A stretch of 61,600 nucleotides of DNA from a virus (lineage: Duplodnaviria > Caudoviricetes). The notes beneath the pieces are model-generated. The model did no database searches, was not told the DNA's origin, and saw nothing but the letters and a program-made list of their open reading frames with translations. The stretch covers positions 1 through 61,600 of the IMG/VR virus record IMGVR_UViG_3300029787_000035; one strand, written 5' to 3'. Positions within the stretch are counted from its first letter, which is position 1, and each line of letters begins with the position of its first letter. This document shows positions 14,793-25,158 of this stretch, piece after piece. The translations under genes were made by a program, and so were the position numbers.

Positions 14793-17111
14793 ATGGCTGA
14801 AATAGACAAAGTAATTGAAGAGGAAGTTAAAACTCCTACTTCAGAGGAAGTTGATATTGAAGTTGAAGGTGAAGAACCAACAACGGTAGAAGAAGCTGTC
14901 AACGAGACTGAAGAATTTTTTAAGAATCTTGCAGAAGACATGTCTGACGAGACTCTTCAAAGAATGTCAAACCAGCTATTAGATGATTATAAAAAAGATA
15001 GAGTTTCAAGAAAAGATTGGGAAACAAGTTATACTAATAATTTAGATCTATTAGGAATAAAACACACAGAGATGACAAGACCGTTTAAAGGTTCGGCATC
15101 CGTGACTCATCCTCTTTTATCAGAAGCTGTAACATCATTTCAAGCACAAGCCTATAAAGAATTACTTCCGTCTCAAGGACCTGTAAGAACTAGAGTACTT
15201 GGAATGGAAGATAATGAAAAAATTAATCAAGCACAACGAGTTCAAGATTTTATGAACTACATGATTACAGAGGAGATGGAAGAGTATACTCCAGAGTTTG
15301 ATCAATTATTATTTTATTTAGCCTTAGCAGGATCAGCATTTAAAAAAGTTTATTATGATGAAGTGATGCAAAGAGCTGTATCAAAATTTATTCCTGCTGA
15401 AGATCTAGTAGTTCCCTACTACACAACTGATTTAATGGAATGTGAAAGAATTACTCATGTCATTAAAATGGGAGAAAATGAGATACTTAAAAAACAAGCT
15501 GCAGGATTCTATAGAGATGTAGAATTGAAACCAACTGCTACTGGACCTACAGAAATTGAAAAGAAATACCAAGAGTTAGAAGGAGTTACACCTTCAACTG
15601 ATAAGCAATATTCATACTCAGTGCTTGAGATGCATGTTGATTGTAATTTAGATGAGTTTGAAAACACTAATTCAGAAAAAGAAGTTAAAGTTCCTTACAT
15701 CATAAGCATTGATGAAGGCTCTGGAGAAGTATTATCTATCTATCGTAACTACGACATGACAGATGAGACTAAAAAAAGAAAAGAATATTTTGTACATTTT
15801 AAATTTTTACCAGGATTAGGCTTTTATGGTTTTGGATTAACACACATGATAGGTGGATTATCTAGAACTGCTACGCAATCTTTAAGACAATTACTAGATG
15901 CAGGTACATTATCTAACTTACCGGCTGGATTTAAGTCTAGAGGTATAAGAATTAGGGATGATGACCAACCATTTCAGCCAGGAGAGTTTAGAGATGTAGA
16001 TGCACCTGGGGGAAATATCAAAGATCAGTTTCAAATTTTACCATTTAAGGAGCCATCAGCTACATTATACCAATTAATGGGCTTTGTTGTGCAAGCAGGA
16101 CAAAAGTTTGCAGCAATAACTAACATGGATACTGGTAATGATTTACAAAATAGAGCTGTTGGTACGACTGTTTCGCTATTAGAGCGTGGTTCGAGGGTCA
16201 TGAGCGCAATACACAAGCGATGTTACTACTCAATGAGAAGAGAATTTAGACTTTTATCAAAAGTTTTTGCAACATATCTACCACCAATCTACCCATATTC
16301 AGTATATGGTGCAGATCAAGCAGTAAAACAAACTGATTTCGATGATAGAGTAGATGTTATACCGGTAGCCGACCCAAATATCATGAGTATGGCACAAAGA
16401 GTTACATTAGCTAACGAAAATTTAAAGATTGCTATGTCAAATCCTATGATGCACAACTTAAGAGAAGCATATCGTAGAGTTTACGAAGCATTAGGTACTC
16501 AAGATATAGATCAATTACTTATTCCACAAGAAAAACCAATGCCAAAGGATCCTGCAACAGAAAATATGGAAGCATTGTTTATGAAACCTTTAAAAGCATT
16601 CCCAACTCAAGATCATGATGCTCATATTGCTGCACATGCATCATTTATGGCTACAAGAATGGTCCAAATTAATCCTCAAGTCTATTCAGCTTTACAAGCT
16701 CACATATCTGAGCATGTATCTATGAAAGCACAAGGAGAAGTAGGTGCTATGATTCAAAATGATCCTCAAATGCAACAAATGTTACAACAAGATCCACAGG
16801 CAGCCGAAATTAGAGTTGCAGGCATGATTGCGCAAAGAGTTGCAGAGATAACAACGGAACTTGCTAAGGGTGAAGCAATGGGTCAACAGAAAGATCCACT
16901 AGTTGCTTTAAAAGAAAGAGAGTTAGATCTTAAAGCTGTAGACTTACAAAGAAAAGCTGAGCAAGATTTAGCTGGTAATGAAATTAGAGAGAATGAAATT
17001 GATGAAAGATTAGATATTGAAAAAATGAAACTAGAAAATAACGAAGATCAAGCAGCAGAAAGAATTAGAATTGCTGATGAAAAGTTAGATATAGCTAGGA
17101 GGAAAAAATAA
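14793..17111 (+). CDS. Portal protein
   Basis: 772 aa after terL; HPLL.EA, GSAFKKVYYD, PGLGFYGFG motifs. Confidence 0.88.
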   Translation: MAEIDKVIEEEVKTPTSEEVDIEVEGEEPTTVEEAVNETEEFFKNLAEDMSDETLQRMSNQLLDDYKKDRVSRKDWETSYTNNLDLLGIKHTEMTRPFKGSASVTHPLLSEAVTSFQAQAYKELLPSQGPVRTRVLGMEDNEKINQAQRVQDFMNYMITEEMEEYTPEFDQLLFYLALAGSAFKKVYYDEVMQRAVSKFIPAEDLVVPYYTTDLMECERITHVIKMGENEILKKQAAGFYRDVELKPTATGPTEIEKKYQELEGVTPSTDKQYSYSVLEMHVDCNLDEFENTNSEKEVKVPYIISIDEGSGEVLSIYRNYDMTDETKKRKEYFVHFKFLPGLGFYGFGLTHMIGGLSRTATQSLRQLLDAGTLSNLPAGFKSRGIRIRDDDQPFQPGEFRDVDAPGGNIKDQFQILPFKEPSATLYQLMGFVVQAGQKFAAITNMDTGNDLQNRAVGTTVSLLERGSRVMSAIHKRCYYSMRREFRLLSKVFATYLPPIYPYSVYGADQAVKQTDFDDRVDVIPVADPNIMSMAQRVTLANENLKIAMSNPMMHNLREAYRRVYEALGTQDIDQLLIPQEKPMPKDPATENMEALFMKPLKAFPTQDHDAHIAAHASFMATRMVQINPQVYSALQAHISEHVSMKAQGEVGAMIQNDPQMQQMLQQDPQAAEIRVAGMIAQRVAEITTELAKGEAMGQQKDPLVALKERELDLKAVDLQRKAEQDLAGNEIRENEIDERLDIEKMKLENNEDQAAERIRIADEKLDIARRKK

Positions 17112-18067
17112 TGAAAAGAAAATTTAGAGTTGCAAAACTTAGAGGTGGTGGGGCTGATTTTGGTGCCAAAGATAAAGCACAAGAAAGAGCCGATAAAGGT
17201 TATGGCTTTACAGGAGCTGCCGAAGATAAATCTACAAAAACACAAACAGCTAATCATAACAGAAATGTTACAAATAGAACTGGACAAACTACTACTATAA
17301 ACACTTCGACTAGAAAAGATCCACCACAAAAAGAATCAAAAAATATTTTTAAAACTGTTAAGTATGAAACAAAAAAATTAGCTTCTAAATATCTTGGATT
17401 AGATAAGCCTAAAACAAAATATAATTTAAATGATTATAGAGTTACTACAAGAGAGATAGGTCTAAATAATAGAAACTTAACTGGCAAAAATAGAACACTA
17501 GCTACTGCAAAAGATATTAAAGAAGCCTTTGAATTACAAGGAGCTTATGAAACAAAAAGAGGCATAGAAAAAATGCCATTAGGTGCAACAAAAGTAGCAG
17601 CTACATTTTTTAGTAAACCTTTACAAAAAGGAACTATAAGAAATAGAAAATTTTTTGAGAAAAATGTTTTAGGAACAGATAAAAAAGGAAGTCTATACAC
17701 AGATAAAACTTTTGACGGTTTAGGAGTAGAGAAAAGAAATGAAATGTATAAAAAATATGCAAAAGATAGAATGGACAAAAAAATTGATGCTTTTGGAAGA
17801 CCTATTCGTCAAAGAGATGGAGATGGTGGTGCACAAGCTAAATGTCCTGACGGTACTTTTCCACCATGTATAACAACACCATCTGTTAAAGTTGTACCAA
17901 AAACATTTCAACCTAAAAAGTTTTTTGATTTTCAAGCATATAATTCTGGAGGTGTATCAAAAGGTCCACCACCAAAGAAAGGACCTAACCCTCAAGTGCC
18001 TCCAGTAAAGATGTCTAAGGGTGGAGGAGCAGCAATAAGAGGAACTAAATTTAAAGGAGTATTCTAA
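17111..18067 (+). CDS. Basic virion-associated protein (hypothetical)
   Basis: xxGG motifs and C-terminal GAAIRGTKFKGVF. Confidence 0.7.
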   Translation: MKRKFRVAKLRGGGADFGAKDKAQERADKGYGFTGAAEDKSTKTQTANHNRNVTNRTGQTTTINTSTRKDPPQKESKNIFKTVKYETKKLASKYLGLDKPKTKYNLNDYRVTTREIGLNNRNLTGKNRTLATAKDIKEAFELQGAYETKRGIEKMPLGATKVAATFFSKPLQKGTIRNRKFFEKNVLGTDKKGSLYTDKTFDGLGVEKRNEMYKKYAKDRMDKKIDAFGRPIRQRDGDGGAQAKCPDGTFPPCITTPSVKVVPKTFQPKKFFDFQAYNSGGVSKGPPPKKGPNPQVPPVKMSKGGGAAIRGTKFKGVF

Positions 18068-18456
18068 TGTGGTTTTCAGCTATTAAACTTGCAGTATCTG
18101 CAGGATCAAAAATTTACGCAAACAAACAAAAAGCTAAAATGGCAATGTCGGATGCACAATTATTACATGCAGAAAGACAAGCCCGAGGTGAGGAAGCTTA
18201 TCAAGGAAAACTTTTAGAAGCTAGACAGTCAGACTGGAAAGACGAGGCGGTACTTATAATATTAAGTTTGCCCGTTTTGGTGCTCGCTTGGGCGGTGATA
18301 TCGGACGATCCGACTGCAATGGACAAAGTAAAATTGTTTTTCGAGATGTTCTCGCAGCTTCCTGGATGGTTCACAAATTTGTGGATTCTTGTCGTGGCGA
18401 GCATCTATGGTATTAAGGGTACACAAATCTTCCGTAATGGTGGAGGTAAAAAATGA
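18067..18456 (+). CDS. Holin-like membrane protein
   Basis: SDWKDE then two hydrophobic segments; ASIYGIKG. Confidence 0.55.
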   Translation: MWFSAIKLAVSAGSKIYANKQKAKMAMSDAQLLHAERQARGEEAYQGKLLEARQSDWKDEAVLIILSLPVLVLAWAVISDDPTAMDKVKLFFEMFSQLPGWFTNLWILVVASIYGIKGTQIFRNGGGKK

Positions 18457-18608
18457 ACCTAGAAAGAGATTTACAAAAACTTAAAAAAGAAAAACAAATG
18501 AAAGAATCTGCTATAGCTCAACTTAGAAAAAGAAGTAAAGATTCAATAGCTAGACCTAGAGCAGAAAAAAACATTTTATCAAACAATCCTAACATGCAGA
18601 AAATATAA
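18453..18608 (+). CDS. Small hypothetical protein (51 aa)
   Basis: SD GGAGG, ATGA overlap; MNLERDLQKLKK... Confidence 0.6.
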   Translation: MNLERDLQKLKKEKQMKESAIAQLRKRSKDSIARPRAEKNILSNNPNMQKI

Positions 18609-18766
18609 TGTGGAAGTGGCTTAAAAATTTATTCAAACCAAAAGATCAAACTGATCCACATATTAAACAATTTGAAGATGTAGATTATTCTAAGCTATCT
18701 AAAGGTGACCTTAAAAAACTTAAAGCACAAGGTAAAATAAAAAGTATTTACTTTCCATACAATTAA
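18608..18766 (+). CDS. Small hypothetical protein (52 aa)
   Basis: TAATG coupling; MWKWLKNLFK... Confidence 0.55.
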   Translation: MWKWLKNLFKPKDQTDPHIKQFEDVDYSKLSKGDLKKLKAQGKIKSIYFPYN

Positions 18767-18780
18767 TATATAGATCTTTT

Positions 18781-18987
18781 ATGAGTCTAAGAAGAGCTTT
18801 ATTAGAAGCATTAGAAGATAGATATAATTCTCAGATATCTGAAGCTGATGCGACTATACAAATATATTTAGAAAAACCTGTTGCGATTGGTGAACACCCA
18901 CAACACATAGATGAAATTGATAAGTTAATAGAAAAGATTGCAACTGCAGAAGAAAAATTACAAGTACTAAAACAGTTTAAATTATAA
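18781..18987 (+). CDS. Conserved phage hypothetical protein
   Basis: YLEKPVAIGEHP motif. Confidence 0.75.
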   Translation: MSLRRALLEALEDRYNSQISEADATIQIYLEKPVAIGEHPQHIDEIDKLIEKIATAEEKLQVLKQFKL

Positions 18988-19607
18988 TGTCATCTAAACC
19001 AAAAATATGGACTCACATAGCTTGGGATGATAATGAATTTGGAAGAAGATGTATGGGAAGAGCATACAATGATTGTTTAAATAAACATGATGATAATGAT
19101 TGGTTAGCTATCATAGATCATGATGCAATGTTTTGTTGCTATGATTGGTACTTACAATTACAACAAGCAATAATAGATAATCCAAAAGCTAAAGCTTTTA
19201 CTTGTAGAGTAAATAGACTTGCTAGTTTAAGACAAATGTTAGTTGGAGTAGATCCCCATAATCATGATTTATCTTATCATAGAAGAATAGGAACGAGATT
19301 AGCTAAAGCACAATGGGGAAAAACAACTCTTCATAATCGTGAAAAAGAAATAGGTCATTTTTCTGGAACTTTTCTATGTGTTCATGTAGGAACAATAAAA
19401 AATTTAGGTGGGTTTCCTGTTACTAATTCTACATTAGGACAAGATAATCAAATACATGAACAAATAATTAATGCAGGTTATGAGTTTCGTGTAGTAGATG
19501 GTATTTATGTTTATCATTGGTATAAAGCAGATGATCCTTATAAAGAAACACAAAAAGCAATTGACATTCTTGAAGATGAACATTTTAATGGATTACAATT
19601 ACCCTAA
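18987..19607 (+). CDS. GT-A (family 2-like) glycosyltransferase
   Basis: AYN...WLAIIDHD (DxD), GGF...GQD, YVYH. Confidence 0.65.
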   Translation: MSSKPKIWTHIAWDDNEFGRRCMGRAYNDCLNKHDDNDWLAIIDHDAMFCCYDWYLQLQQAIIDNPKAKAFTCRVNRLASLRQMLVGVDPHNHDLSYHRRIGTRLAKAQWGKTTLHNREKEIGHFSGTFLCVHVGTIKNLGGFPVTNSTLGQDNQIHEQIINAGYEFRVVDGIYVYHWYKADDPYKETQKAIDILEDEHFNGLQLP

Positions 19608-19810
19608 TGCTTGATTATCATACAAAAGAACAAATTGTTAATGTAATAAATAAATCTATAAAAGATACCAAGGACCATATTTGCTATGGGGTTGAAACGG
19701 AATCTCAGTTGATGTATGCTAGGGGCAGACTCAGCGCTTTAGAAACGCTGCTTCAGGATATTAAAAACCTGCAAAAGGAGGATAACGATGGTACAATTGA
19801 TAAAACCTAA
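19607..19810 (+). CDS. Hypothetical protein
   Basis: Coupled ORF before GroES. Confidence 0.7.
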   Translation: MLDYHTKEQIVNVINKSIKDTKDHICYGVETESQLMYARGRLSALETLLQDIKNLQKEDNDGTIDKT

Positions 19811-20228
19811 ACTTACAGATTTCGGTAACGAAAAAAATAAGAAAGAGGTTAAATCACAGATTCCAACAGATCCCAAAGGCATCAAAGAATATCTTGAAAT
19901 CATACCTAACCCAGTAGGATACCGTATGCTTGTTAGACCATGGTCTGGACAGGCTAAAACAAAAGGCGGTGTCATTTTAGCAGATGAAACTCAAGACAAA
20001 ATCCAAATGACAACTGTTGTTGGACTTGTTGTAAAACAGGGTGACCTTTGTTATCAAGATAAAGAAAAATTTCCTAAAGGTGCTTGGTGTAAAGAAGGAG
20101 AATTTGTTATTTATGGCAGATACTCTGGAAGTAGATTTCAAACTAAATACGGTGAACACCGAATACTCAATGATGACGAGATCATAGGAACTATAGGTAA
20201 GCCAGAAGATATTCTCCATTTATTTTAA
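19788..20228 (+). CDS. groES: GroES-like co-chaperonin
   Basis: PVGYRMLV...KTKGGVIL...G.VVK.G...YSG...RILNDDEIIG. Confidence 0.85.
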   Translation: MVQLIKPKLTDFGNEKNKKEVKSQIPTDPKGIKEYLEIIPNPVGYRMLVRPWSGQAKTKGGVILADETQDKIQMTTVVGLVVKQGDLCYQDKEKFPKGAWCKEGEFVIYGRYSGSRFQTKYGEHRILNDDEIIGTIGKPEDILHLF

Positions 20229-20244
20229 ATAAAGGAGAATAAAA

Positions 20245-21318
20245 ATGGCAGAAGTAAAAGACTATAGTGCGGAAGCACTTATGGCAAAAGAACATGAGGT
20301 AGAATTAGATACCGATAATGTTAAAGAAGAAAATGTTCAAGTAGAAGAAAAACCAACAGAAGAAAAAGAAAAAGTACCTAACTTAAATGTTGGTGAAGTT
20401 GATTTAGGTTATACTGGACATGATAAACCAGAAGAAGATAAAACTGAAAAACCAGAAATAGAAGTTACAGAAGATAAACCTGAAACTCCTGTCGAAGAAA
20501 AAGTTGAATCTAAAACTGAAAAAGAAAAACCAAACCTTAATGAGTCGAGAAGAGATTATCAAAAAAGAATTGATAAACTAGTCTTTCAAAAGAAAGAAGC
20601 TGAAAGAAGAGAAAAAGCAGCTCTTGATTTTGCAGAAGGTATTAAAAAGAAATTTGACTCAAGTGTTCAAAAGTTAAATTCTACTGACGAACAGTATCTT
20701 AAAGAATTAGATGCAAGAGTAGATGCACAAAGAGAACAAGTCAAAGTAGCTCTTCAATCAGCTATCGAAAGCCAAGATGCTTCTAAAATTATGGAAGCTA
20801 ACGATAGATTAACTCAATTAGCTGTAGAAAAAGAAAAAGCTAGATTAGAGATGGTTAATCGTGAAGAAAAAAAGAAAGCTGAAGAAGAAAAAAGTAAACA
20901 ACAACAAAACGTACAAGCTGAACCTCAAACAGCGGAAACATCACAAACGACACCACAAATTACACCTAGAGCCAAGAAATGGGCTGAGGAAAATACATGG
21001 TTCGGGACTGATGAGGTCATGACCAATGCTGCTATCACCATACACAACAATATTTCTCAAGAGGGTATTGAAGTAGACAGTGATGAGTATTATAATGAAG
21101 TTAATTCAAGACTTAAAGGATATTTTCCAGAAAGTTTTGGTAACACTACTGACGAGCCAAAAAAAGAGACACCTAAACCCGTCCAAACGGTTGCCTCGGC
21201 TGGTCGTAGTCAACAAGGACGCAGAACTGTGAAACTCACAAAGTCACAGGTAGCGATTGCTAAAAGATTAAATGTGCCACTAGAGGAATATGCTAGATAC
21301 GTGAAGGAGGAAAAATAG
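20245..21318 (+). CDS. Probable capsid scaffolding protein
   Basis: Acidic coiled-coil upstream of capsid genes; C-terminal IAKRLNVPLEEYA. Confidence 0.65.
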   Translation: MAEVKDYSAEALMAKEHEVELDTDNVKEENVQVEEKPTEEKEKVPNLNVGEVDLGYTGHDKPEEDKTEKPEIEVTEDKPETPVEEKVESKTEKEKPNLNESRRDYQKRIDKLVFQKKEAERREKAALDFAEGIKKKFDSSVQKLNSTDEQYLKELDARVDAQREQVKVALQSAIESQDASKIMEANDRLTQLAVEKEKARLEMVNREEKKKAEEEKSKQQQNVQAEPQTAETSQTTPQITPRAKKWAEENTWFGTDEVMTNAAITIHNNISQEGIEVDSDEYYNEVNSRLKGYFPESFGNTTDEPKKETPKPVQTVASAGRSQQGRRTVKLTKSQVAIAKRLNVPLEEYARYVKEEK

Positions 21319-21320
21319 TT

Positions 21321-21791
21321 ATGAATACAATTAAGAGAACTTCACGGGAGTCAGAGAATAAAGCAACGAAAGAAGCTCCAAAAGCTTGGACTCCACCATC
21401 CAGTTTGGATGCACCACCCGCTCCGAACGGTTACGCCCATAGATGGATCCGTACCACCGTTCAAGGTTTTGAGGATACAGCTAATGTATCTAAAAAATTA
21501 AGGGAAGGATGGGATTTTGTTACAGTCGAACAAGTTCAAAACGAGATCGGCACTAATAAATATCCTTTCTATACCGAAGGTAAATACGAGGGGTGTATAG
21601 GAATTGGAGGCCTTGTGCTGGCAAGGATACCAGAGGAGATTTTGGTTTCACGTGCTGAGTATTTTAAAAAACTTACTCAAGACAGAATGAACGCGGTAGA
21701 CAATGATCTTATGAAGGAACAGCACCCGGATATGCCTATCAATATTGATAGACAGTCCAGAGTGACCTTTGGTGGTAGTCGTAAAAAATAA
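21321..21791 (+). CDS. Conserved head-module hypothetical protein
   Basis: WTPPSSLDAPPAP.G..HRWIR...REGW. Confidence 0.75.
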   Translation: MNTIKRTSRESENKATKEAPKAWTPPSSLDAPPAPNGYAHRWIRTTVQGFEDTANVSKKLREGWDFVTVEQVQNEIGTNKYPFYTEGKYEGCIGIGGLVLARIPEEILVSRAEYFKKLTQDRMNAVDNDLMKEQHPDMPINIDRQSRVTFGGSRKK

Positions 21792-21851
21792 TTTTTTTGC
21801 AATACCTACCGGGTTATTAAAATAAACTGTTAAACAACGGAGAAAACAAAT

Positions 21852-22430
21852 ATGTCAAACGTAAGTGAAAAGTTTGGTCTTAGACCTTACAGAAAACTAG
21901 ACGGAACACCTCTTGTTGGAGCCCAAAACAGATATACGATTGCATCAGGTTATGCTTCTGCGATTTTCCAAGGCGAAATGGTTGAACCATTAGGCACTGG
22001 AAATATCCAAAGACATGGCCCGAACACTTCGGATGCTGTTGTGGGTGTTTTTAACGGATGTTTTTATACGGACCCAACTACTCAAAAGCCGACTTACAGC
22101 AATTACTATCCAGGTGGTATTGCTGCTTCTGACATCACAGCATTTATTATTGATGATCCAGATGCAGTATTCCTAATGGATGCTGATGCGACTTTTTCAA
22201 GAGCCGATCTGTACAAGAACTACTCTGTTACTAACACAACAGGTGTAACACAAACAGGAATGTCAAAACAACAACTTGATGTTAGTGTATCAGGAACTGC
22301 TACTACTTTTGCTGTACAAGCAATCGATATTTCGCAAGATCCAGAAAACTCTGACACAGGTTCTGCAAATGCAAACATTCTTGTTAGAATCAACAACCAC
22401 TTCTACAGAAGTGGAACAGGTATAGCGTAA
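21852..22430 (+). CDS. Putative minor capsid/decoration protein
   Basis: FGLRP...IFQG...GVFNGC; position directly before MCP. Confidence 0.6.
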   Translation: MSNVSEKFGLRPYRKLDGTPLVGAQNRYTIASGYASAIFQGEMVEPLGTGNIQRHGPNTSDAVVGVFNGCFYTDPTTQKPTYSNYYPGGIAASDITAFIIDDPDAVFLMDADATFSRADLYKNYSVTNTTGVTQTGMSKQQLDVSVSGTATTFAVQAIDISQDPENSDTGSANANILVRINNHFYRSGTGIA

Positions 22431-22445
22431 TAAAGGAGACATACT

Positions 22446-23363
22446 ATGGCAATATCACGATCCCAACTAGTCAAAGAACTAGAGCCAGGTTTGAATGCTT
22501 TATTCGGCCTGGAATACAACAGATACGAGAATCAGCATGCTGAAATTTTCGTAACTGAAACATCTGACAGAGCTTTTGAAGAAGAAGTAATGTTAAGCGG
22601 TTTCGCTTCTGCACCAACTAAACAAGAGGGTGCTGGAGTAGTGTTTGATACAGCAGGTGAAACTTTCACAGCTAGATACAACCACGAAACAATTGCTTTA
22701 GCATTTTCAATCACTGAAGAAGCAATCGAAGATAACCTATATGACAGATTAGCTGCAAGATACACAAGAGCTCTTGCAAGATCTATGTCAAACACGAAGC
22801 AAGTTAAAGCTGCAAACGTGCTTAACCAAGCACAATTTACTGCTGTAACTGGTGGTGACGGTGTTCCGTTAATTGCGAACAATCACCCACTAGCAACAGG
22901 TGGTACATTCTCAAATGTACTAGCAGTAGCTGCAGATCTTAACGAAACTTCTCTTGAGCAGTCGTTAATCGACATTGCTGGATTCGTAGACGAAAGAGGT
23001 CTAAGAATCGCTTCTCAAGGTAGAAAGATGATAATTCCAAAAGAATTACAATTTACTGCTGAGAGATTGATGAAAACTCCACAAAGAGTTGGAACAGCTG
23101 ATAACGACATCAATGCAATCGCTTCAATGGGTATGGTACCGGAAGGATACTCAGTTAACAATTTCTTAACTGATACTGACTCGTTCTACCTAATGACTGA
23201 TGTTCCTAACGGGTTAAAACACTTTGTTAGATCACCAATCAAAACTGCGATTGAAGGTGACTTCGATACTGGCAACGTAAGGTTTAAAGCTAGAGAAAGA
23301 TACTCTTTTGGATTCTCAGATCCTAGAGCAATCTTTGGTAACGGAAACTTACCAACTAGTTAA
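22446..23363 (+). CDS. Major capsid protein
   Basis: MAISRSQLVKELEPGLNALFGLEY...FKARERYSFG; strong SD, biased codons, terminator after. Confidence 0.9.
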   Translation: MAISRSQLVKELEPGLNALFGLEYNRYENQHAEIFVTETSDRAFEEEVMLSGFASAPTKQEGAGVVFDTAGETFTARYNHETIALAFSITEEAIEDNLYDRLAARYTRALARSMSNTKQVKAANVLNQAQFTAVTGGDGVPLIANNHPLATGGTFSNVLAVAADLNETSLEQSLIDIAGFVDERGLRIASQGRKMIIPKELQFTAERLMKTPQRVGTADNDINAIASMGMVPEGYSVNNFLTDTDSFYLMTDVPNGLKHFVRSPIKTAIEGDFDTGNVRFKARERYSFGFSDPRAIFGNGNLPTS

Positions 23364-23393
23364 TAAATTATAATACAATTAGTATTACTTAAG

Positions 23394-23419
23394 GGGGGCT
23401 TTCGAGCCCCCTTTTTTTT
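23394..23419 (+). terminator. Intrinsic terminator after MCP
   Basis: GGGGGCT-TTCG-AGCCCCC plus T8. Confidence 0.85.
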
Positions 23420-23433
23420 ATGTATAATATAAA

Positions 23434-23512
23434 GACCTAGAAAAATAATTATTTTGTAGACTGACTAGGCGGACGGTATAGAGACTACAAAATTAAATGC
23501 TATACAAAGGAG
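23434..23512 (+). promoter_or_regulatory. Candidate pseudoknotted 5'UTR RNA
   Basis: TATAAT 23423-23428; three interleaved complementary pairs (see findings). Confidence 0.4.
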
Positions 23513-23518
23513 AATATT

Positions 23519-24073
23519 ATGGCAAATACAACATTTACGGGACCAGTCAGATCCGAAAACGGATTTCAGTCCATAGTAAAAAATACATCAACAGGTGCAA
23601 TTACACCAAACTACTTAAACGTTAAATTTGATTTTGTTGGTATGACTCATGCAGTAGTTGCTGCAGGAGCTGGAGTCGCTTTACCTGCAGATCAAGTTAG
23701 CACAGTAAACTTTACAGGTGCAGCAGCTTGTTCAATGGTTTTACCTGCAGCTACATCTGGAACAAGAGTAGCTTACGTTCAAAGTGTAGACACAACTGGT
23801 GGAACAAACACTTTAACTTTTGATGCATTAGGAACTGATGCATGGGTAACAGGAAGTTTAATTGAAACAAGAGCGGCTGATGCTGTGTCTTTTGATACAT
23901 CAACATCAGGCGAAGGTTCGTTAGTCTTTACTGCGGCTAATGCAACTACAAACTTTTTTACAATAGGAAGTATTGTATATTTCTCTTGTACTCAAAATGG
24001 CTTATGGCATGTAGGTCTTGACTCAGCTAAAGATCCTTTAGCGGTTAAAGGCGCATTTGCTTGGGCAGCGTAA
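23519..24073 (+). CDS. Virion structural protein (head fiber/decoration-like)
   Basis: MANTTFTGPVRSENGF start; beta-rich with LPAAT.G motif. Confidence 0.65.
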   Translation: MANTTFTGPVRSENGFQSIVKNTSTGAITPNYLNVKFDFVGMTHAVVAAGAGVALPADQVSTVNFTGAAACSMVLPAATSGTRVAYVQSVDTTGGTNTLTFDALGTDAWVTGSLIETRAADAVSFDTSTSGEGSLVFTAANATTNFFTIGSIVYFSCTQNGLWHVGLDSAKDPLAVKGAFAWAA

Positions 24074-24083
24074 TAAATAATTA

Positions 24084-24103
24084 GTGGCTCCTTCGGGAGC
24101 CAC
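24084..24103 (+). other. cUUCGg tetraloop hairpin without U tract
   Basis: GTGGCTCC-TTCG-GGAGCCAC. Confidence 0.65.
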
Positions 24104-24117
24104 GAACCAGGAGATTT

Positions 24118-24444
24118 ATGTTTAAAGGTGATATACAAGCTACAAGATCAACTGCTGCTGCAGGAGCAGTCGCAATTATTTCACAACCAATAAGACTAAA
24201 AGGAATTATTGTTTCTAGTGATGGTGGTGGAGCAGGAGTATTAGAATTAACAACAACTTCAAATTCTGGAGATACAATGTTTATTGCAGATGTACCTACT
24301 GGTGATTTAGTTAATTTTTCTTTTCCTGATGACGGTATTTTATTTCCTAAAGGAATTTTTTGTAAAACAAAAACAAATATTTCAGCTTACACATTATTAA
24401 CAGATAAATATTCTGGTCCTAATTTAACAGGGAGTAACGGATAA
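24118..24444 (+). CDS. Small structural protein (paralog of the next gene)
   Basis: RLKGI...P.DGILF..GI motif. Confidence 0.7.
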   Translation: MFKGDIQATRSTAAAGAVAIISQPIRLKGIIVSSDGGGAGVLELTTTSNSGDTMFIADVPTGDLVNFSFPDDGILFPKGIFCKTKTNISAYTLLTDKYSGPNLTGSNG

Positions 24445-24749
24445 TGGGTGGTTCAAGTTTTTCATCAGACCAATCGGTCGCTCACGCAACAGCCACAGGT
24501 CAAATGGTAGCCGTTGGTGGAACAGGCAAAACAAACAGAGCAAGATTAACTTCTATTCAAGGTAAAGGTAATAGTTCAAGTGGCTCAATCATATTTAGAA
24601 GTGGTGGTGCTACTGGAGATATTATTGCAACATATTTATTTGGAGAAGAAGGTTTAGACATGTATCTACCTGGTAATGGTATCTTATTTGAAGATGGTAT
24701 TCATGCAACTATTGCAGGGACAGGTGGAGTAACAATCACATTTACTTAA
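24444..24749 (+). CDS. Small structural protein (paralog of the previous gene)
   Basis: RLTSI...PGNGILFEDGI motif. Confidence 0.7.
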   Translation: MGGSSFSSDQSVAHATATGQMVAVGGTGKTNRARLTSIQGKGNSSSGSIIFRSGGATGDIIATYLFGEEGLDMYLPGNGILFEDGIHATIAGTGGVTITFT

Positions 24750-24750
24750 A

Positions 24751-25065
24751 ATGGATTTAGATTATTACTCAGATATAATCAAATTAAAAAGAGGTGGCAT
24801 GCCACCTAGAAATAAAAAAAATTATAGACCTACTGAAAAAGGTGCAGGGATGACTGAAGCTGGAGTAGCTGCATATAGAAGAGCTAATCCAGGATCAAAA
24901 CTTAAAACTGCAGTTACAGGAAAAGTAAAAAAAGGGTCAAAAGATGCTAATCGTAGAAAATCATATTGTGCAAGATCATTAGGTCAATTAAAAAGGTCTT
25001 CTGCAAAAACACGAAATGATCCAAATTCAAGAATAAGACAAGCAAGAAGAAGATGGAAATGTTAA
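24751..25065 (+). CDS. Basic conserved phage protein
   Basis: GMT.AG...YRRANPGSKL...RRKSYCARS...RRWKC. Confidence 0.75.
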   Translation: MDLDYYSDIIKLKRGGMPPRNKKNYRPTEKGAGMTEAGVAAYRRANPGSKLKTAVTGKVKKGSKDANRRKSYCARSLGQLKRSSAKTRNDPNSRIRQARRRWKC

Positions 25066-25158
25066 GAGATTTACTTAAAAAAATATTTGGATACAATGAT
25101 CTTGAGAAAAGAATTAGAATATTAGAAAGAAAAAATTATTGGAGAGAAAAATATAAAC

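Noticed and set aside
18240-18410. GC-rich patch in the holin-like gene (also 26070-26170) suggesting an embedded gene
   Set aside because: No convincing overlapping ORF with RBS or lipobox found by eye
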